DNA of 63,275 nucleotides, the filler included, from Rhabdomonas costata (Eukaryota), in the NCBI GenBank assembly GCA_019059605.1. It is 47 parts of 47 records of this genome, joined end to end, with 100 filler letters (N's around TTAATTAATTAA, not from the genome) between each part and the next. Parts side by side here need not be neighbours in the genome. Positions count along the whole stretch, not along the records: positions 49,898 to 51,146 come from JAHMHO010021977.1; positions 51,247 to 52,494 come from JAHMHO010021978.1; positions 52,595 to 53,841 come from JAHMHO010021979.1; positions 53,942 to 55,189 come from JAHMHO010021980.1; positions 55,290 to 56,537 come from JAHMHO010021981.1; positions 56,638 to 57,885 come from JAHMHO010021982.1; positions 57,986 to 59,231 come from JAHMHO010021983.1; positions 59,332 to 60,579 come from JAHMHO010021984.1; 39 more parts are not named here. One strand, written 5' to 3'. Under the pieces are notes generated by a model. It did no database searches. It was not told the origin of the DNA and saw only the letters and a program-made list of their open reading frames with translations. The stretch's first letter is position 1; each line of letters begins with the position of its first letter. Position numbers and translations under genes: made by a program. Below, piece after piece: positions 50,641 through 63,275 of this stretch.

Positions 50641-51454
50641 CTTTGAGTGCAGGAGCGAAACTATGGGCAATGTTCATGAAGAAATCTTTGGGAAAGAATA
50701 CTATCGAGGGCTCGCAGAGCCAGTCGTTCTCTATATCCAATTGGCGGGTCAGCCACCCTAGCAGTTATTTAGTTGCGAACGGGAAGCAAAACAAACAAAG
50801 GGAATGATCTGGTACCACACCAGAAAGAGCCAGGTCGAAAACAATGCCGAACAGCAAAATGAAAAGCTTCCTCTGGCTGAGAAGGACAACTCCAAAAGGC
50901 GGTTTTCAAGGCAACCACTCCCATGCTGGGACCATGCGGGACAGCACTTAACTTGCTCGCTTCATCAATTCTCCTGAAGCATCCAGTAGCATTCGTGGGT
51001 CACAAAAAAAACGATTGGGTTGACAGGCTAGTAGAGGAACAAATAAAGAGGCGATTTCCAACCCTCTTCGAAGGGTAAAGATCTGTAGCACGGCCTGCCC
51101 CATCGCCACCGCCTTCTGGAGACTGACAATCTCCGCCAACAAAACCNNNNNNNNNNNNNNNNNNNNNNNNNNNNNNNNNNNNNNNNNNNNTTAATTAATT
51201 AANNNNNNNNNNNNNNNNNNNNNNNNNNNNNNNNNNNNNNNNNNNNCGAATAAGGACCTGCAATAACAACGGCGTTCGTGCAATGACGTTCACGCAACTG
51301 CTGCTGCCTAAGCTGGTCCAACATATATGTCCCTCCGAAACAACGATTCGAACATAAGTTAACTGTCTGCAAAAGCCAGTCACCCAATGGAGCCATCCCA
51401 AAATGAGAGTGTGGTGGCTGTAAAGTGTGGAAACAATGTGCAGAAGGTGCAAAC

Positions 51455-51659
51455 CCGTGTGCCCTCACGCACGGCGCGGACTTCCAGGCGGAAGTGCGAG
51501 TACTCTGCGGTCAAGTCCCGTGCAGAGGTGGCGCTGCGGCCCTCGAAAAGCCCCGCCTTGCCGTGGGCCTCTCCCCCGTAGCCCGCCATACTGGCGCCCT
51601 TCTCCGCGCGGCGGGGAAGGAGATAGCGGTCGTACCACCCCACCAGCGCCGGGGGATAC
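51455..51659 (-). CDS. Exon of a hypothetical protein
   Basis: aag|YPPALVGWYDRYLLPRR...EYSHFRLEVRAVREGTR|gtttgc. Confidence 0.5.
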
Positions 51660-54237
51660 CTTTGAGCGTGGATGGGGGCTGCACAGCTAGTGCTGTGTTT
51701 GCGTGGGTGATTCAAACGCGCCTCAAATGTCAATGGAACCGAAGTAAACTGGGAGGGCGTCAAAGGAATAAACTCTTGAAGATCTATTCAGATTCATCGA
51801 AGCCTTTTTTTGGGCTGAAAGGGCCCTGTGCATTAGTGCAAAGTGTTTGTTTCCCACAACACCCACACAGCCCACGAAACACCAGCCACACACCTTACGG
51901 ATCCGCACAGAAGCTTTCATCCAGCATCCTGCGTTTTCTTTTGAACACAACACCTTCGCACCTCTCTCTCTCTCCCGCGGCGACACAGACGAAAGGCGGA
52001 GTGAAGCTCAGCCCCAGCGCCATTGGAGTGAGCTGCAAGCTGCGCAAAGGAAGCCGAAGGCCGGCGCGAAAAGGAAAAAGATGCCGCACCCCACGCACAT
52101 CTTCGCAAGCCAGCAGCACGAGTCGGGGAAAAGTAAATCCCTAGAACCCAAAAGTAGCACTAGTTGTGGGGGGTTCAACAAATGGCAAACCTCAAAATAA
52201 AAAGAAGCTTGGAATGGACAATAATTCTGAAACTCTGTGCTTCATCCCCCCCGTGATATAGCGCGCGTCATTTCAAAAGTGAGAGTTACAGCCGAAGCGA
52301 TAATTCGGCAAAAACTGACCACGGAACTACAAAGGTGAGATGTGATGACACTCGTTTTAATGTCCGAAAAAGCCTGAAAATTCCCTGAAACACCACATCT
52401 AGTTACATAAGTCACGTGCCATGAGTGCGCCATTTGCGAAGATACCTATTTCCACTAACCAAGCTGTTCAAATGCAACACTTCAACACAAAACCNNNNNN
52501 NNNNNNNNNNNNNNNNNNNNNNNNNNNNNNNNNNNNNNTTAATTAATTAANNNNNNNNNNNNNNNNNNNNNNNNNNNNNNNNNNNNNNNNNNNNGGTGTT
52601 CTTGCATAGGTGTCGTTTGGGACGTTAACTTTTCCAGCCTTTTGTTTTGCTTTGCTGTGCTTTCCTTTGCTTTGTTTTCTTTTCTTTTCTTTTCTTATTT
52701 TATCTTTTCTTTTCATTCAACGCTCATGCAAGGCCCAGCAATAATTCTTCGGTTAAGGTAATAGTTGATGTTTTATACCAGTATTCCACATCTTTCACAA
52801 CGGGCGATATAAAATTGCACTTAAAAACACTCGATTCAAGAATGTCTCCAAGATCAAGAAAGTCTCAAATGGAACGTGGGACGTCTCCTGGTTGAAGCGG
52901 AAGCTCAAAACATTGTATAAATGATCCGAAAAATTCAAGACCGGATCCTCCCTCGCTCCTGTTCACCCTCGTTTCGTCTGTCACCTTATCACGCAACGCA
53001 ATTCGCTCTTTTAACAACAACAGTTACAGGCCATCTTCAGATGTGTCAGATGGTAATTTGACGCCTTTCCCGCGTTTGGTCGCAGGCGTGGTATCAAGTG
53101 GGAGCGCGGCACCTCCAGGAGTGAGTGCCGTCTTTGGCCCCATCACCATCCCAACTGTAACCCCAGTCCTTGTGCTCCCTGTTCTTGGTCCTGTGCGAAT
53201 ACCTGCGATACATGATATGGCTGGGGTTGCTGCCGTCTCACTCACTCTGAATGACTTGGACGCGTTTCTCAAACAGGTCGCATTATCTGCTTGGAGTTAT
53301 CGGATGCCCTTGACATCGCTGCTTTGCTTCTCTCGCTCTTTTGTCGTCCCCGGATTCATTTGCACCAATAAGTCAAATTGCCCTGCATTGGTTGTAAACA
53401 TATACTGGTCTGGAAAGGAATTATTCCTTCCTTCCTTCCTCCGCGTGCATCGGCGGTCATCATAGGTGCACACAGTGTTCAACTGCATGTCCCGTGGAGA
53501 GAGGGGGGCGGGTCACTTCCAGCTTGGAATGTGGTCCAGGTTTTTGCTGGTTTTCTTTCATGGGATGCGATACGGCGTCGATTCGAACTTGTTTTGAAGT
53601 GCTGTGGAAATTACCGAAGTGGTGCTGCTCCCTCCAAACTTGGGCTTGTCTTCGCAGATCGCCCTCACATTGCTCGGCCAAACAGTAATCTTCATTGTGG
53701 AGATGAGCTCGGGCAATCTGCTGGGCTGCTCGGTTCTGGGGCAGAATGTCGTGGGAACTCCAGACCCAGTCACTCGGCTTGCGCAGCCCATTCGGGCGGA
53801 CCAAGTCAGCACAGGAGCCGTCAGAGATCTACCACACAACANNNNNNNNNNNNNNNNNNNNNNNNNNNNNNNNNNNNNNNNNNNNTTAATTAATTAANNN
53901 NNNNNNNNNNNNNNNNNNNNNNNNNNNNNNNNNNNNNNNNNTTTTTTTTGCGCAAGTAGTTTCAGCCATAGCTCACTGACATGACCCGCGCCGTATAAAT
54001 TTAAGACGCATAATGGCAAACACACTGGGGAAGCAGGTAAGACAAACCATGAAACTCAAAACATGGCAAAACAAATAGAAAACTCAATTCCGCCAACCTG
54101 CTGCCCAGATACTACGCTACTACATCATGCATGATACGCCACAATCAGAGGATTCCAAATTTCGCACAAGTTCAAAAATGCTCAAAATTTTACATCCTGC
54201 CATATTATAGTACACGGCTCATGAAATGAAACGAAAC

Positions 54238-54515
54238 CTAGCCACATCGAAAGAGCGCCTGGAATCACGAACAGCAGTCCAAACGGGGTCACCACCCCAA
54301 CCACGGAGAAAACCACCAGGTACCGCAAGGGCCTACTCACGACATGTGGAGAGTCGGGCGGTGCGGAGGAGGAGGAAGCCGTGGAAGTTGCGATAGGAGC
54401 AGCCTTCGAGGGCCGCTCGGTTTGATTTCCAGGAGAGCTCCCTCGTGCGAGTCGAGGCGGCTTCAGGCGGAAGGGCCTCGCAAGCGCAGGTAGCTGCAGC
54501 CGAGGGCAGTGACGC
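54238..54515 (-). CDS. Exon of a putative membrane protein (possible organellar presequence)
   Basis: An R/S/P-rich stretch followed by hydrophobic YLVVFSVVGVVTPFGLLFVIPGALSMWL, bounded by AG and GT. Confidence 0.45.
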
Positions 54516-55601
54516 CTTGGTACCGAGCAAAGAACATGACAAATGGTGCGAGTGGCGAGCATGAGCCTTTCTGCTCTTATCTTGAAGAACGCTCAGAGAC
54601 CAGAGAAAAGAATGGATGCAAAGATACACCAAAAGGAGAAATGTGCTGCGAGATCGAACCGAACTTATCATGGGACATATCCTACACCAAATGCTTGACA
54701 CAGGCATGGCAATTCCGTGCTGGGATGCGGCTTGGAAGGCGCTTCAAGCAGTGTTCCTCGAATTCGAGCATTTGGGCCACGGAACACCAGCGAAAAAGAG
54801 AAATGCTCTGGTGAAATAGGTCTTTCTCACCCCCGCACACGATGAACACGATGACCGCACTCCGCGCTTGGTAAATCAGAAGCGCAATGTTGGCCATCGC
54901 GGAACCCAAACTCTGCAATACAAGTACACTGCACAGTGCGCGGAGACGTAACATCGTCACCACCGTCATACTAACTGTCCACACAGCTTCTTCGGTTCCA
55001 CCGGTGCATAAGCGCACGCTCGCCAGGGAACAAGAGGCATCTGCACTGAGGGATACTCATGGGGTGGCGAATGCCACCGGTGCCACAAAACCCGCGTTGT
55101 GGCGGCATATCGAGGGTCCCCACTCGTCGTATTGCGCGTTCGTTTTGGCCAGGGAGAAAAACTCTTGCTGAGGCACACGAGGATAAGATNNNNNNNNNNN
55201 NNNNNNNNNNNNNNNNNNNNNNNNNNNNNNNNNTTAATTAATTAANNNNNNNNNNNNNNNNNNNNNNNNNNNNNNNNNNNNNNNNNNNNGTGTGGTTGTG
55301 AACCTCTTGCGCCACAATGAAAGAATTCCAAAATTTTATTGCGACGCGAAAAAAAATTTTCACGTGTGGTGCTATGGTGCTACTATAAAGTTTGGGTCGA
55401 AGTAATTTCTTCTGGTCCCGGATGCCATGACAGTTCTGTGGAATTTCGGAGAAGGTTCCCCGAGGTGACTTTCTTTGGTGTGGCAGGGGGTTAGGTGGCG
55501 GTGCTCGTGCCCCAGAGGTTTTCAAGAACCACTATAAAGGGGGCCTTCTTATTCACCAAGCCCTATTGACCAAGCCCGGTGGATCCTTGCATATACATGC
55601 T

Positions 55602-55634
55602 TATGGCTCACATATGGCTCACATATGGCTCACA
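55602..55634. repeat. 11-bp tandem repeat (TATGGCTCACA)x3
   Basis: Read directly. Confidence 0.9.
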
Positions 55635-55764
55635 TATTTGCTTCTGCTGTGCCTTAACTCAATTCAGGCACAAATTGGCGGTTGATGGTGGGGTTTTCCG
55701 TTAATGGGTCTGGCACTGAGGACATTTACGCCCTGTTGTCCCTGTTGGGTGGCCAAACCCCCAG

Positions 55765-56074
55765 GCGGTGCTCCACCACAGCGTGGCGTTGTGGGAGTCC
55801 CTGGACCGCCTGCTCCTCACGGTGTGCCCCAACACTTCCGCCATGCCCACGGTGGCCAACCTCAAGGCCGACCCAGGCCGGTTCATGCCCGCACTGCGCT
55901 CTCAGCAGCGTGAGTTCCTCCGGGCCGTGCCGGGGTACCCCACTGCGCTGTTCCAGGGCCGCGGCGTGGTGACCGTGGCCGGTGGCCCGAGGTACCTCCC
56001 CGCCGCAATGGCCTCCCTGCAGATGCTACGGAGGGCAAACTGCAGCCTTCCCGTGGAACTCTGGCACACTGCAG
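55765..56074 (+). CDS. GT71 (Mnn2/Mnn1-like) alpha-mannosyltransferase exon
   Basis: FQGRGVVTVAGGPRYLPAAMASLQMLRRANCSLPVELW matches the G.GIV..AGG...LR...LPVE motif. Confidence 0.85.
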
Positions 56075-58803
56075 GTGCCTCTCCCGGTTTTAATTAATTC
56101 TCCCTGTCTGTCTTCAAATTCATTTTCCCCGTAACTTTTTTTAACTTAGGTAAGTGTCACCCGGAAACTCAGAAAATGGTATGTGTATTCGAAGTGTGGT
56201 GTGTGTATTCGAAGTCTTTTCAGCCTATAGAAATGCCGCTGTCTGGGGACATGTTAAGTGATGAACCCGGACAGTTTTCTTGACTGGGAACCTAAAAGGC
56301 AGTTAGATATGGGATGCTGCGAAGAGACTACAAGGCGCGATTTTTCCCGGGTGATTCGTTGAGTGTATTGATCTTTTGAAGAGAATTGTCAATTCTCTAA
56401 CCGGCTGTTTTGTTGAGAAGGTAGGTAAAGATAGGGTATAAAAACAGTCATTCTGATTTTACGGTGTAGCGTACTTTATTTTAACTCTAATCACGCTTTT
56501 TTTAATCACGCTATGTTCTCGGATCATAAAAAAAACANNNNNNNNNNNNNNNNNNNNNNNNNNNNNNNNNNNNNNNNNNNNTTAATTAATTAANNNNNNN
56601 NNNNNNNNNNNNNNNNNNNNNNNNNNNNNNNNNNNNNGTTTGTGTGGAACAGAAAACCCACAGGCATTGCCAAATGGCAGGTGTGATCGTGGAAACAGGA
56701 TCCAGAAGAGATTGGCGGTGAGGGGACCCCGCTGTGCAATAATTCTTCCGACGGTGGGGCTTTCCTGATTTACTCAGTGTCGCTGTTTCGACATCTTGAG
56801 GAGCAGCAGAGGGCGACACAGCGGTTAACGGACAACCTGGTTCAAATCGGTTTTGCCGTTCGACGTGGGATTACCACTGAAAAAAGTTAACAATCACGCC
56901 AATCTGTTCACACTCACATCAGTCGGCCGAGCAGCGGGCAGGCCTCCGCCCTTAAACTGATGATGACGCACAAACACTAGTTTTTAGCCGGTAGAATTCG
57001 TGCCAAAAGCTCTAGCAGCTCAAATAAGACACCCATCCCCTTCTGTCATAATCGGATTGTACCCGGCTCTCCTCCAATCCTTCTCCCAAGCACCAGGTCA
57101 AGTGGGCACGCAGGACTTGGTGCAGTGAACCTACAAACTGATCACTGGAATGGGCCTGGACCTGAACAATTTGGACCAGGCCCTGCCGCTGACCCCAACC
57201 GTGCGTCACTCTACTCCTCATAGATACCGTCCCCATCCTCTCTCTAGTTGATATTTCCCTTCTTCCCAGTCAGTTCAATTTATTTGCGTGTCCTGCGTGT
57301 CCACTTGACCAGTGGGGAGGATTTTTGGCCTTTTCCTGTGAATATCTCCTTTTGGGGGTGGGGGTGGGGGTAATTCAACAGCAGCATAGGGCATGCCCGC
57401 AAAAACGGGTGCCACTGTTTTGGTGGCATGCAGCACTGCCAGTTCTGTGACAGCACTCGACCCCAGCCCCGCTCACGCGCCACCAGCCAAGCCCCAACTT
57501 ACCATGAAAATAGCCCATCACACAGCGCCCGTCCAGCTCAGCCCGCAGCCACTCCAATTCAGCGCACGCCACGCAGCCAGCCGCCACAGCCCGGCTCACA
57601 ATATCTCTATTAGCAAAATCAACGTGTGGTTAGCGGGACCCGAATATCCCCTGAAATTAGAAGGGAAACAGAAAAGCAGGAGCTGGGTGGACATGCTGAC
57701 TGCAACGAAGCAAACGAACTTCAAAACTCACCTTAGAATAACAAACGAAAGCGGGTGAGGGTCACAAAGCCGCGGACCTGAGCCATAACTTTACTCAGCA
57801 TGTCCACGGTGAGGGCCTGCACTTGCGCCTGCGAGGCCGAAGAGGCCGCCATCATCGAGCTCCACGAAAGCTCCACCGTACGCGTNNNNNNNNNNNNNNN
57901 NNNNNNNNNNNNNNNNNNNNNNNNNNNNNTTAATTAATTAANNNNNNNNNNNNNNNNNNNNNNNNNNNNNNNNNNNNNNNNNNNNGTGTTTTTTGTGAAT
58001 CGCTTTGTCATGCAATATTCGCGCTATCTACTGTTAGTCAAGTTCTCGGTTTTCAACCTCAACTCAAACGGTGACGACCCTCTGGGGTGTTGACAGACAT
58101 TTTTTATTGCGGGATACTTAAAAGCATACTTTTCGTTTTTGAATTCTACATAGCCAAAAAGCTGTGAATTGCGTTCAGTTGGATGTGAGAAACTCTGAGA
58201 AACTCTTGTGATTGTGGTGCTTCGACCGATCGGCCTTGACTTCCGCGTGTTTTTCAAATTTGAATCACCTCTTCGAATCCCCCGCTTATTTGTGGAATTC
58301 AACAGTTGTGATCATTTTACGTTGGTTTACGTTGGACTTGCTGTTCAGCCTACCCGGGACCTATGAAGACGTGCTTCCAGTAGACACCGCTTGGCGTGAG
58401 GGAAAGCGTCACCTCGAGGGTGAATTCTCACAAGTATGGGTGCAGCGGTCTTGTGCCATCGGACTGCGTGACATGAGTGTGTTTGGAGCAGTGGAATCCA
58501 CCAGTAGAGGGATGAAGAGGCAAGGTCCCTTTTTTCTCTGACGGTTTTGACGCCTTGTGGCGGTGCAGGCTGCCGGGGGGTTAAAACGCGGGGTTAAAAC
58601 TTTATAGTGAGCAAAGCAGAAAACCGAATTACCTTACTTTCAGTGCGACACTCCTACGTTTTCACCCTGCAGGTTTGGTAACCTGACGCAGCATTGCTAT
58701 TATTCTGCTTTTTTGGGTGGCGTGAAAGTCATAAAAAAAGGAAACCTGGCCCTCAACCACAAGAAAAAGTAAACTACCGCAAAGCGTCAGCAGGGTACCA
58801 AAC

Positions 58804-58829
58804 CGCAAAAATGGTTACACTCAGTAATG
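58804..58829 (-). other. Spliced-leader-exon-like sequence, copy 2 (CATTACTGAGTGTAACCATTTTTGCG), followed by GT
   Basis: 24/26 identical to copy 1, which is on an unrelated contig. Confidence 0.72.
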
Positions 58830-60130
58830 AAACAATCAGGAAGTGGATGTTTAGCCACAATGCAGCAAGAAAAATTACCTTGTACGGACCGTGACCGAAA
58901 GTAGTGGGAAGAGTGTTATATGTTTCCTTTTCCTTTCGCCCCATTTTTGGCTCGACCGTGGGAGCCATATTCACTTGTCAAATGCCCTTCGTAGGGTGGC
59001 CCTGCTGGGAACGATCACGCTTATGAGGACAGGTGTGCCATGCCCTCTCGCTTTTGTTCCCTATTCTTGAAATTCGTCAATTGATTCGCCATTTATATCC
59101 CATTCCTATTCCCGAACGCTCACTCTGCTTCACTGACGGGAGTGTGTAATTTTTTTCTCACAGCTCTTCGACATCGACCAGGTCTCCAACTGAAATGCAC
59201 AATGAGATGACGCGGGCAGCCACCACCTCAGNNNNNNNNNNNNNNNNNNNNNNNNNNNNNNNNNNNNNNNNNNNNTTAATTAATTAANNNNNNNNNNNNN
59301 NNNNNNNNNNNNNNNNNNNNNNNNNNNNNNNTGTGGTGGTGATTCCGGTGAACTCCAAGAGGATTCAACCGGCACAGTCTAACCTCTTGGAGTTCACCGG
59401 AATCACCACACAAATCAAAGGGAGGTCTCACGAACAACGCTCGATGACAGGCCTTCACGAGGATTGCTTCAAAAAGGTTTGAAAGGCATCACTGCAGCAC
59501 GCTGCCAACACAGACAAAGAGACGGTCATTCGGCATACGTGGCGTAAGGTTTCCTTTCTCTGCTTGTTGGCGAGACCCTGGACATCGGCCAACTGACGCT
59601 GAATTTTCTGAATCAGAAACATCAAACACACACGTGAGCATATAAGTCACCACAGAGGACGTTTTTTTCTCGCCGGCGGTGTTAGGGTTTACTTATCTCT
59701 TTGAGAGATCTTACTCAGTTTGATGCCTTTGACCTTGCCGGCACACCGCCCAATCTCTTCGTCCTCCTATCCGAGTGGGCCTTCATCAGATGCAGGCTAG
59801 TCACCGGAATATCTCCTGGGCTCACTTGTGCGGTATTCCGTGAGTCTCACAGTAGCATTGGGGTTGTTGTACGCTTGGCCTCGCGGAAGTTTGGTTGGGG
59901 TTTCGGGATCCAACTTGCCATTCGTGGAAGCCTCCGCCGGTGCGGTCAGCTACCGATATATTGATGGCATACCCTTTAGTGCACGTTGTCTTCAGTTTTA
60001 CGAAGCTCATGGTGGCGGATCTGGTCTTGGAGTTGGTGACGGTGTGACCAAAAAAGGAGAAAACTACTAAAAGAAGAACATATACAGCCTATCAAACGGA
60101 GGGTGATGTGAACCGCAGTGGCCACGTGAC

Positions 60131-60253
60131 CTGGGATTCCCGCAGTTGTGTCTGGTACAGCTGCTGCTGCTGCTGGATTTGCTGCAGCATGGACTGCTCA
60201 CCATCCTTGGCTTTGGTGACCTGTGCCTGGAGGGCTGCAATGGTGCCTTGGTC
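60131..60253 (-). CDS. Q-rich coiled-coil exon
   Basis: cag|DQGTIAALQAQVTKAKDGEQSMLQQIQQQQQLYQTQLRESQ|gt. Confidence 0.6.
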
Positions 60254-63133
60254 CTGCAAAGAGAGACCAAGAACCAAGGACGAGAATTTCTCGAGACACA
60301 ACGATTTGCTGCAAAAACGAGTACCAACTCACGACGGTTCAACAGACACCGACACACAGGGAAGCCAGTGGTGCAAAAGTAATTGCTAAACGAGAGCATA
60401 AAGTCTAACGGCTCGGGGCAGGCGACAGCCAACCGACCTTGTCCGAGTCCAGCCAAGCTGAAGGAAGCGGGGCAGCCTACCACGCTGCAACCTAGGGTCA
60501 CGACCGGAAAACCACAGGAAGTAAGGTCGGTCAATTCAGTTACCGTGACGCCATCAACCACACAACCACACCCACCACANNNNNNNNNNNNNNNNNNNNN
60601 NNNNNNNNNNNNNNNNNNNNNNNTTAATTAATTAANNNNNNNNNNNNNNNNNNNNNNNNNNNNNNNNNNNNNNNNNNNNTTGAGGCGAATCCAGTGACTG
60701 TCCAATGCCTCTTGGGAGTCCAGGGTGTCGTTTGAGAGGTCGGAAATGACAACGTCAAGGCTCACGTCTCACTAAGTCATGCGTGAGACGCGAGCATGAG
60801 AGCATGTCGCCTCAACTCCGTACTACTTACTCAATCATTCCAAATGCTTAACTACCATTTTCTCGATGAATTCATTGGAAACTTCTGTATGACTTCCAGG
60901 CAAGGGAAGTAAACGCGCGCTCGGAACGGAGGGAAAAGAACAGAGGAAAATCTAAATTTTGGAAGAAAGAAGGGGGAATGAGGCTAAATTTGAAATATGT
61001 CATTGAACAAGCGAATGAGATGGCTTGCAACAAGCAATAACAAACTGCCGTCGTAAACAGTATCCTAAAAAATGGCTCAGGCGAAGTATGGCTATGGTGT
61101 TTTTCATTGATACAATCATGTAAAATTATGCGCACTTAAACTTGGGGTATTTTAAAAAAGTTATTATAAAGAATTTGTCGCTCCAAATGTTAGTTAGCTT
61201 ATTGTTGAGTTTTCGTAGTGCTCACCACCAAAGCTTTTCTGCGCATAATTTAGCATTTAATGCCCTGTGGATGGTTCATTTATAACCGAACAGCCCAATT
61301 TTTGGTCGAAAACCAATAAGGTGTATTGAGAATTTTTCAAAAGTGAGCCCCCGAAGAAACAGGGAATTCCCGCACAAACGGGGTGCCAATGGTTCAGGCG
61401 AAAAGCAAATATTTTACACTCGGACACAGGTCGAAGAGAAGATGCAAAGCAAAAGGAAGTGAGGATGGGATTTGAGTCAGCTGAAGAGGTTGGTAGGTTG
61501 GAGATAACGGCAAAGACAGAACACGTTGGATGAGTGAGAGACATTGCGGTCGATTAGCCACAGGGCGGATGGAGGGAAAGCGGTGGCGTTTCAGGAAGGT
61601 GGGCAGATGAGTGAATGTTTGGGTGGGTGGGGGAAGAGCGCAGCAGCGGACGAAAAGGAAAGACAGGAAAAGGAAAAGGCAATAAACGTTGGTGAGTTGG
61701 AAAGTTGCCAGTACTGTGTGCATAGTGACAGACGGGAAAAAGCAAAGTTGGGGCAGACTGCCGAAGGATATACGAAAAGAAAACAAAAGGGAACAAACAG
61801 AAAACACCAACAAAACACGCGTAACACGTTAATCACCGGGGGGGGGGCAGGGTGGCCTCCCTTATTCGTCTAAGATTGGGAGCACCGCCCGACTCTGCTG
61901 CCGGCCCCAGTCTTCGCCACAACAACCNNNNNNNNNNNNNNNNNNNNNNNNNNNNNNNNNNNNNNNNNNNNTTAATTAATTAANNNNNNNNNNNNNNNNN
62001 NNNNNNNNNNNNNNNNNNNNNNNNNNNTGTGTTGGGAGAGTATCTCCGAACAGGCCGAGGCTGCTCGGGTCGAGGCAGTTAGACAGGTGCGCCCCTCCCT
62101 CGGTTCTTTTCGGGTTTGTCAGGCCTGAAAATACCCAACATACCCATCGTACCCAACATATTTGATATAGCCCGTATATTGTTGTTTGATGTGTGCGCCC
62201 GTATATGGTGCGAAAGGAGGCTGGGCCGCGATGGGGCACGTGGACCCTCCCACGCGTAGTGAACAGCATATACAAAAAGACCCTGGCGGCTTCAGTGCTT
62301 TTGCCCCGCAGAACATCAGAAACTTGGGCATAAGTGCTTTTATGCCCCCCCCCCCTCGGGGCGTTTCTGCACGAAACCCCCGCTCTTTCTCTTAACAAGT
62401 TGTATGCGTCTGGTGTTGCAATGCCCTCGAGCGACGACATCAGAAGTGAGTGGGAAAGGACGGCCTTGCTGCCTCTCTCTGAATAGTGCAGTGAAAAACC
62501 TGAGGTGCTTCGGCTTCAGCTGTGGATGGAGTTGTTTTGCCTGAATCTCAATTTAATGGTTGGACGCCTTTCACGGGTACGGCAACATGGTGCTGTGTAC
62601 AGCATTCGTTTGGTGAGGTGATCTCAACCCAGACAGAAACTGGGAGAATGTCAGAGTATGATCCTTTTACCCTGTGTTGACCCCATATGTGGGTGATCTC
62701 CGATTGGAGTTTTCGAGTAGATGTACAGAACCCCAGTTTGCAGGTGCAGTTCGGCACCATAGGAATGGATGTTGCACTTCGAAGATGGGGCGATTTTTGA
62801 AGACTGAAGACTGAGGTTGAAGCTGTCATTGTCAAAATGAAAAAGAGTTAGGTTTCAGGTGATAACTGTACCTGTGACGAAAAGTCTCAGTTTACCAGCG
62901 GAGCATACTATATTTGATTTGGTTGAGCCGGTCTCCGTCAGGAGGCGATGCAGAATTGGATGCGGACCGGATCTCCAAGCCAGGAAAAGGGTGGCAGCAT
63001 CCTTTTCCTATGGACGTTTGGTTAGACATAAACGGTTAAGGTTGACGGTGAATTCTCTGTTGCTGAACTTGAGGGTGGCTTCTCTCTTCGGGGTATTCAG
63101 CTCGCTATCCTAGTGGCGGATATTCGGCAGCAG

Positions 63134-63275
63134 GCGGAGGTCACCAGTGCCCAGGCCGACCACAGCTTCCACACTGGGGTCATCGCCTCGGTGTCGATTG
63201 CCATGGGGATCCTGTCCTTTGCCGTGCTCAGCGCTGTGGTGTTCAGCCTGGCCATCACCCACCACCCCAAACAAA
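63134..63275 (+). CDS. Transmembrane exon, possibly preceding a HAMP domain (receptor-type protein)
   Basis: GVIASVSIAMGILSFAVLSAVVFSLAITH at the contig edge. Confidence 0.5.

Noticed and set aside
59335-59408. 27-bp perfect inverted repeat at the contig start
   Set aside because: Same terminal geometry; probably an amplification chimera.

Overview
This is not a contiguous locus. It is about 47 unrelated contigs of roughly 1.25 kb each, joined by artificial 100-nt spacers (N44-TTAATTAATTAA-N44). Many contigs start with G/T-only sequence and end with A/C-only sequence, which suggests whole-genome amplification with G/T primers. The DNA is from an intron-rich eukaryote, almost certainly a euglenid: it has an articulin gene, a Euglena-type GAPDH, GT-R-Y-G-biased donors and spliced-leader-like sequence. 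Recognisable spliced gene fragments: histidine kinase (HisKA), EGF/laminin-repeat protein, GH18 class III chitinase, GAPDH, CCCH zinc finger, articulin, HMG box, kinesin, RFC1, two PPR-like proteins, hydantoinase/oxoprolinase, CaiB/BaiF CoA-transferase, MmgE/PrpD, ARM repeat, RRM, uridine-kinase-family kinase, LCAT/PDAT and a GT71 mannosyltransferase. There is also an intronless fragment of a modular type I PKS (KR-ACP-KS). The most interesting signals are: (1) two dispersed genomic copies of a 26-27 nt euglenid spliced-leader-like exon, one resembling a retro-inserted SL relic and the other followed by a GT...AG segment whose ends base-pair; (2) a recurrent AG|GCATGC GC-type donor; (3) a TG...CA MITE with a 6-bp target-site duplication; (4) the multimodular PKS. 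All exon boundaries were inferred by eye and no database searches were run.
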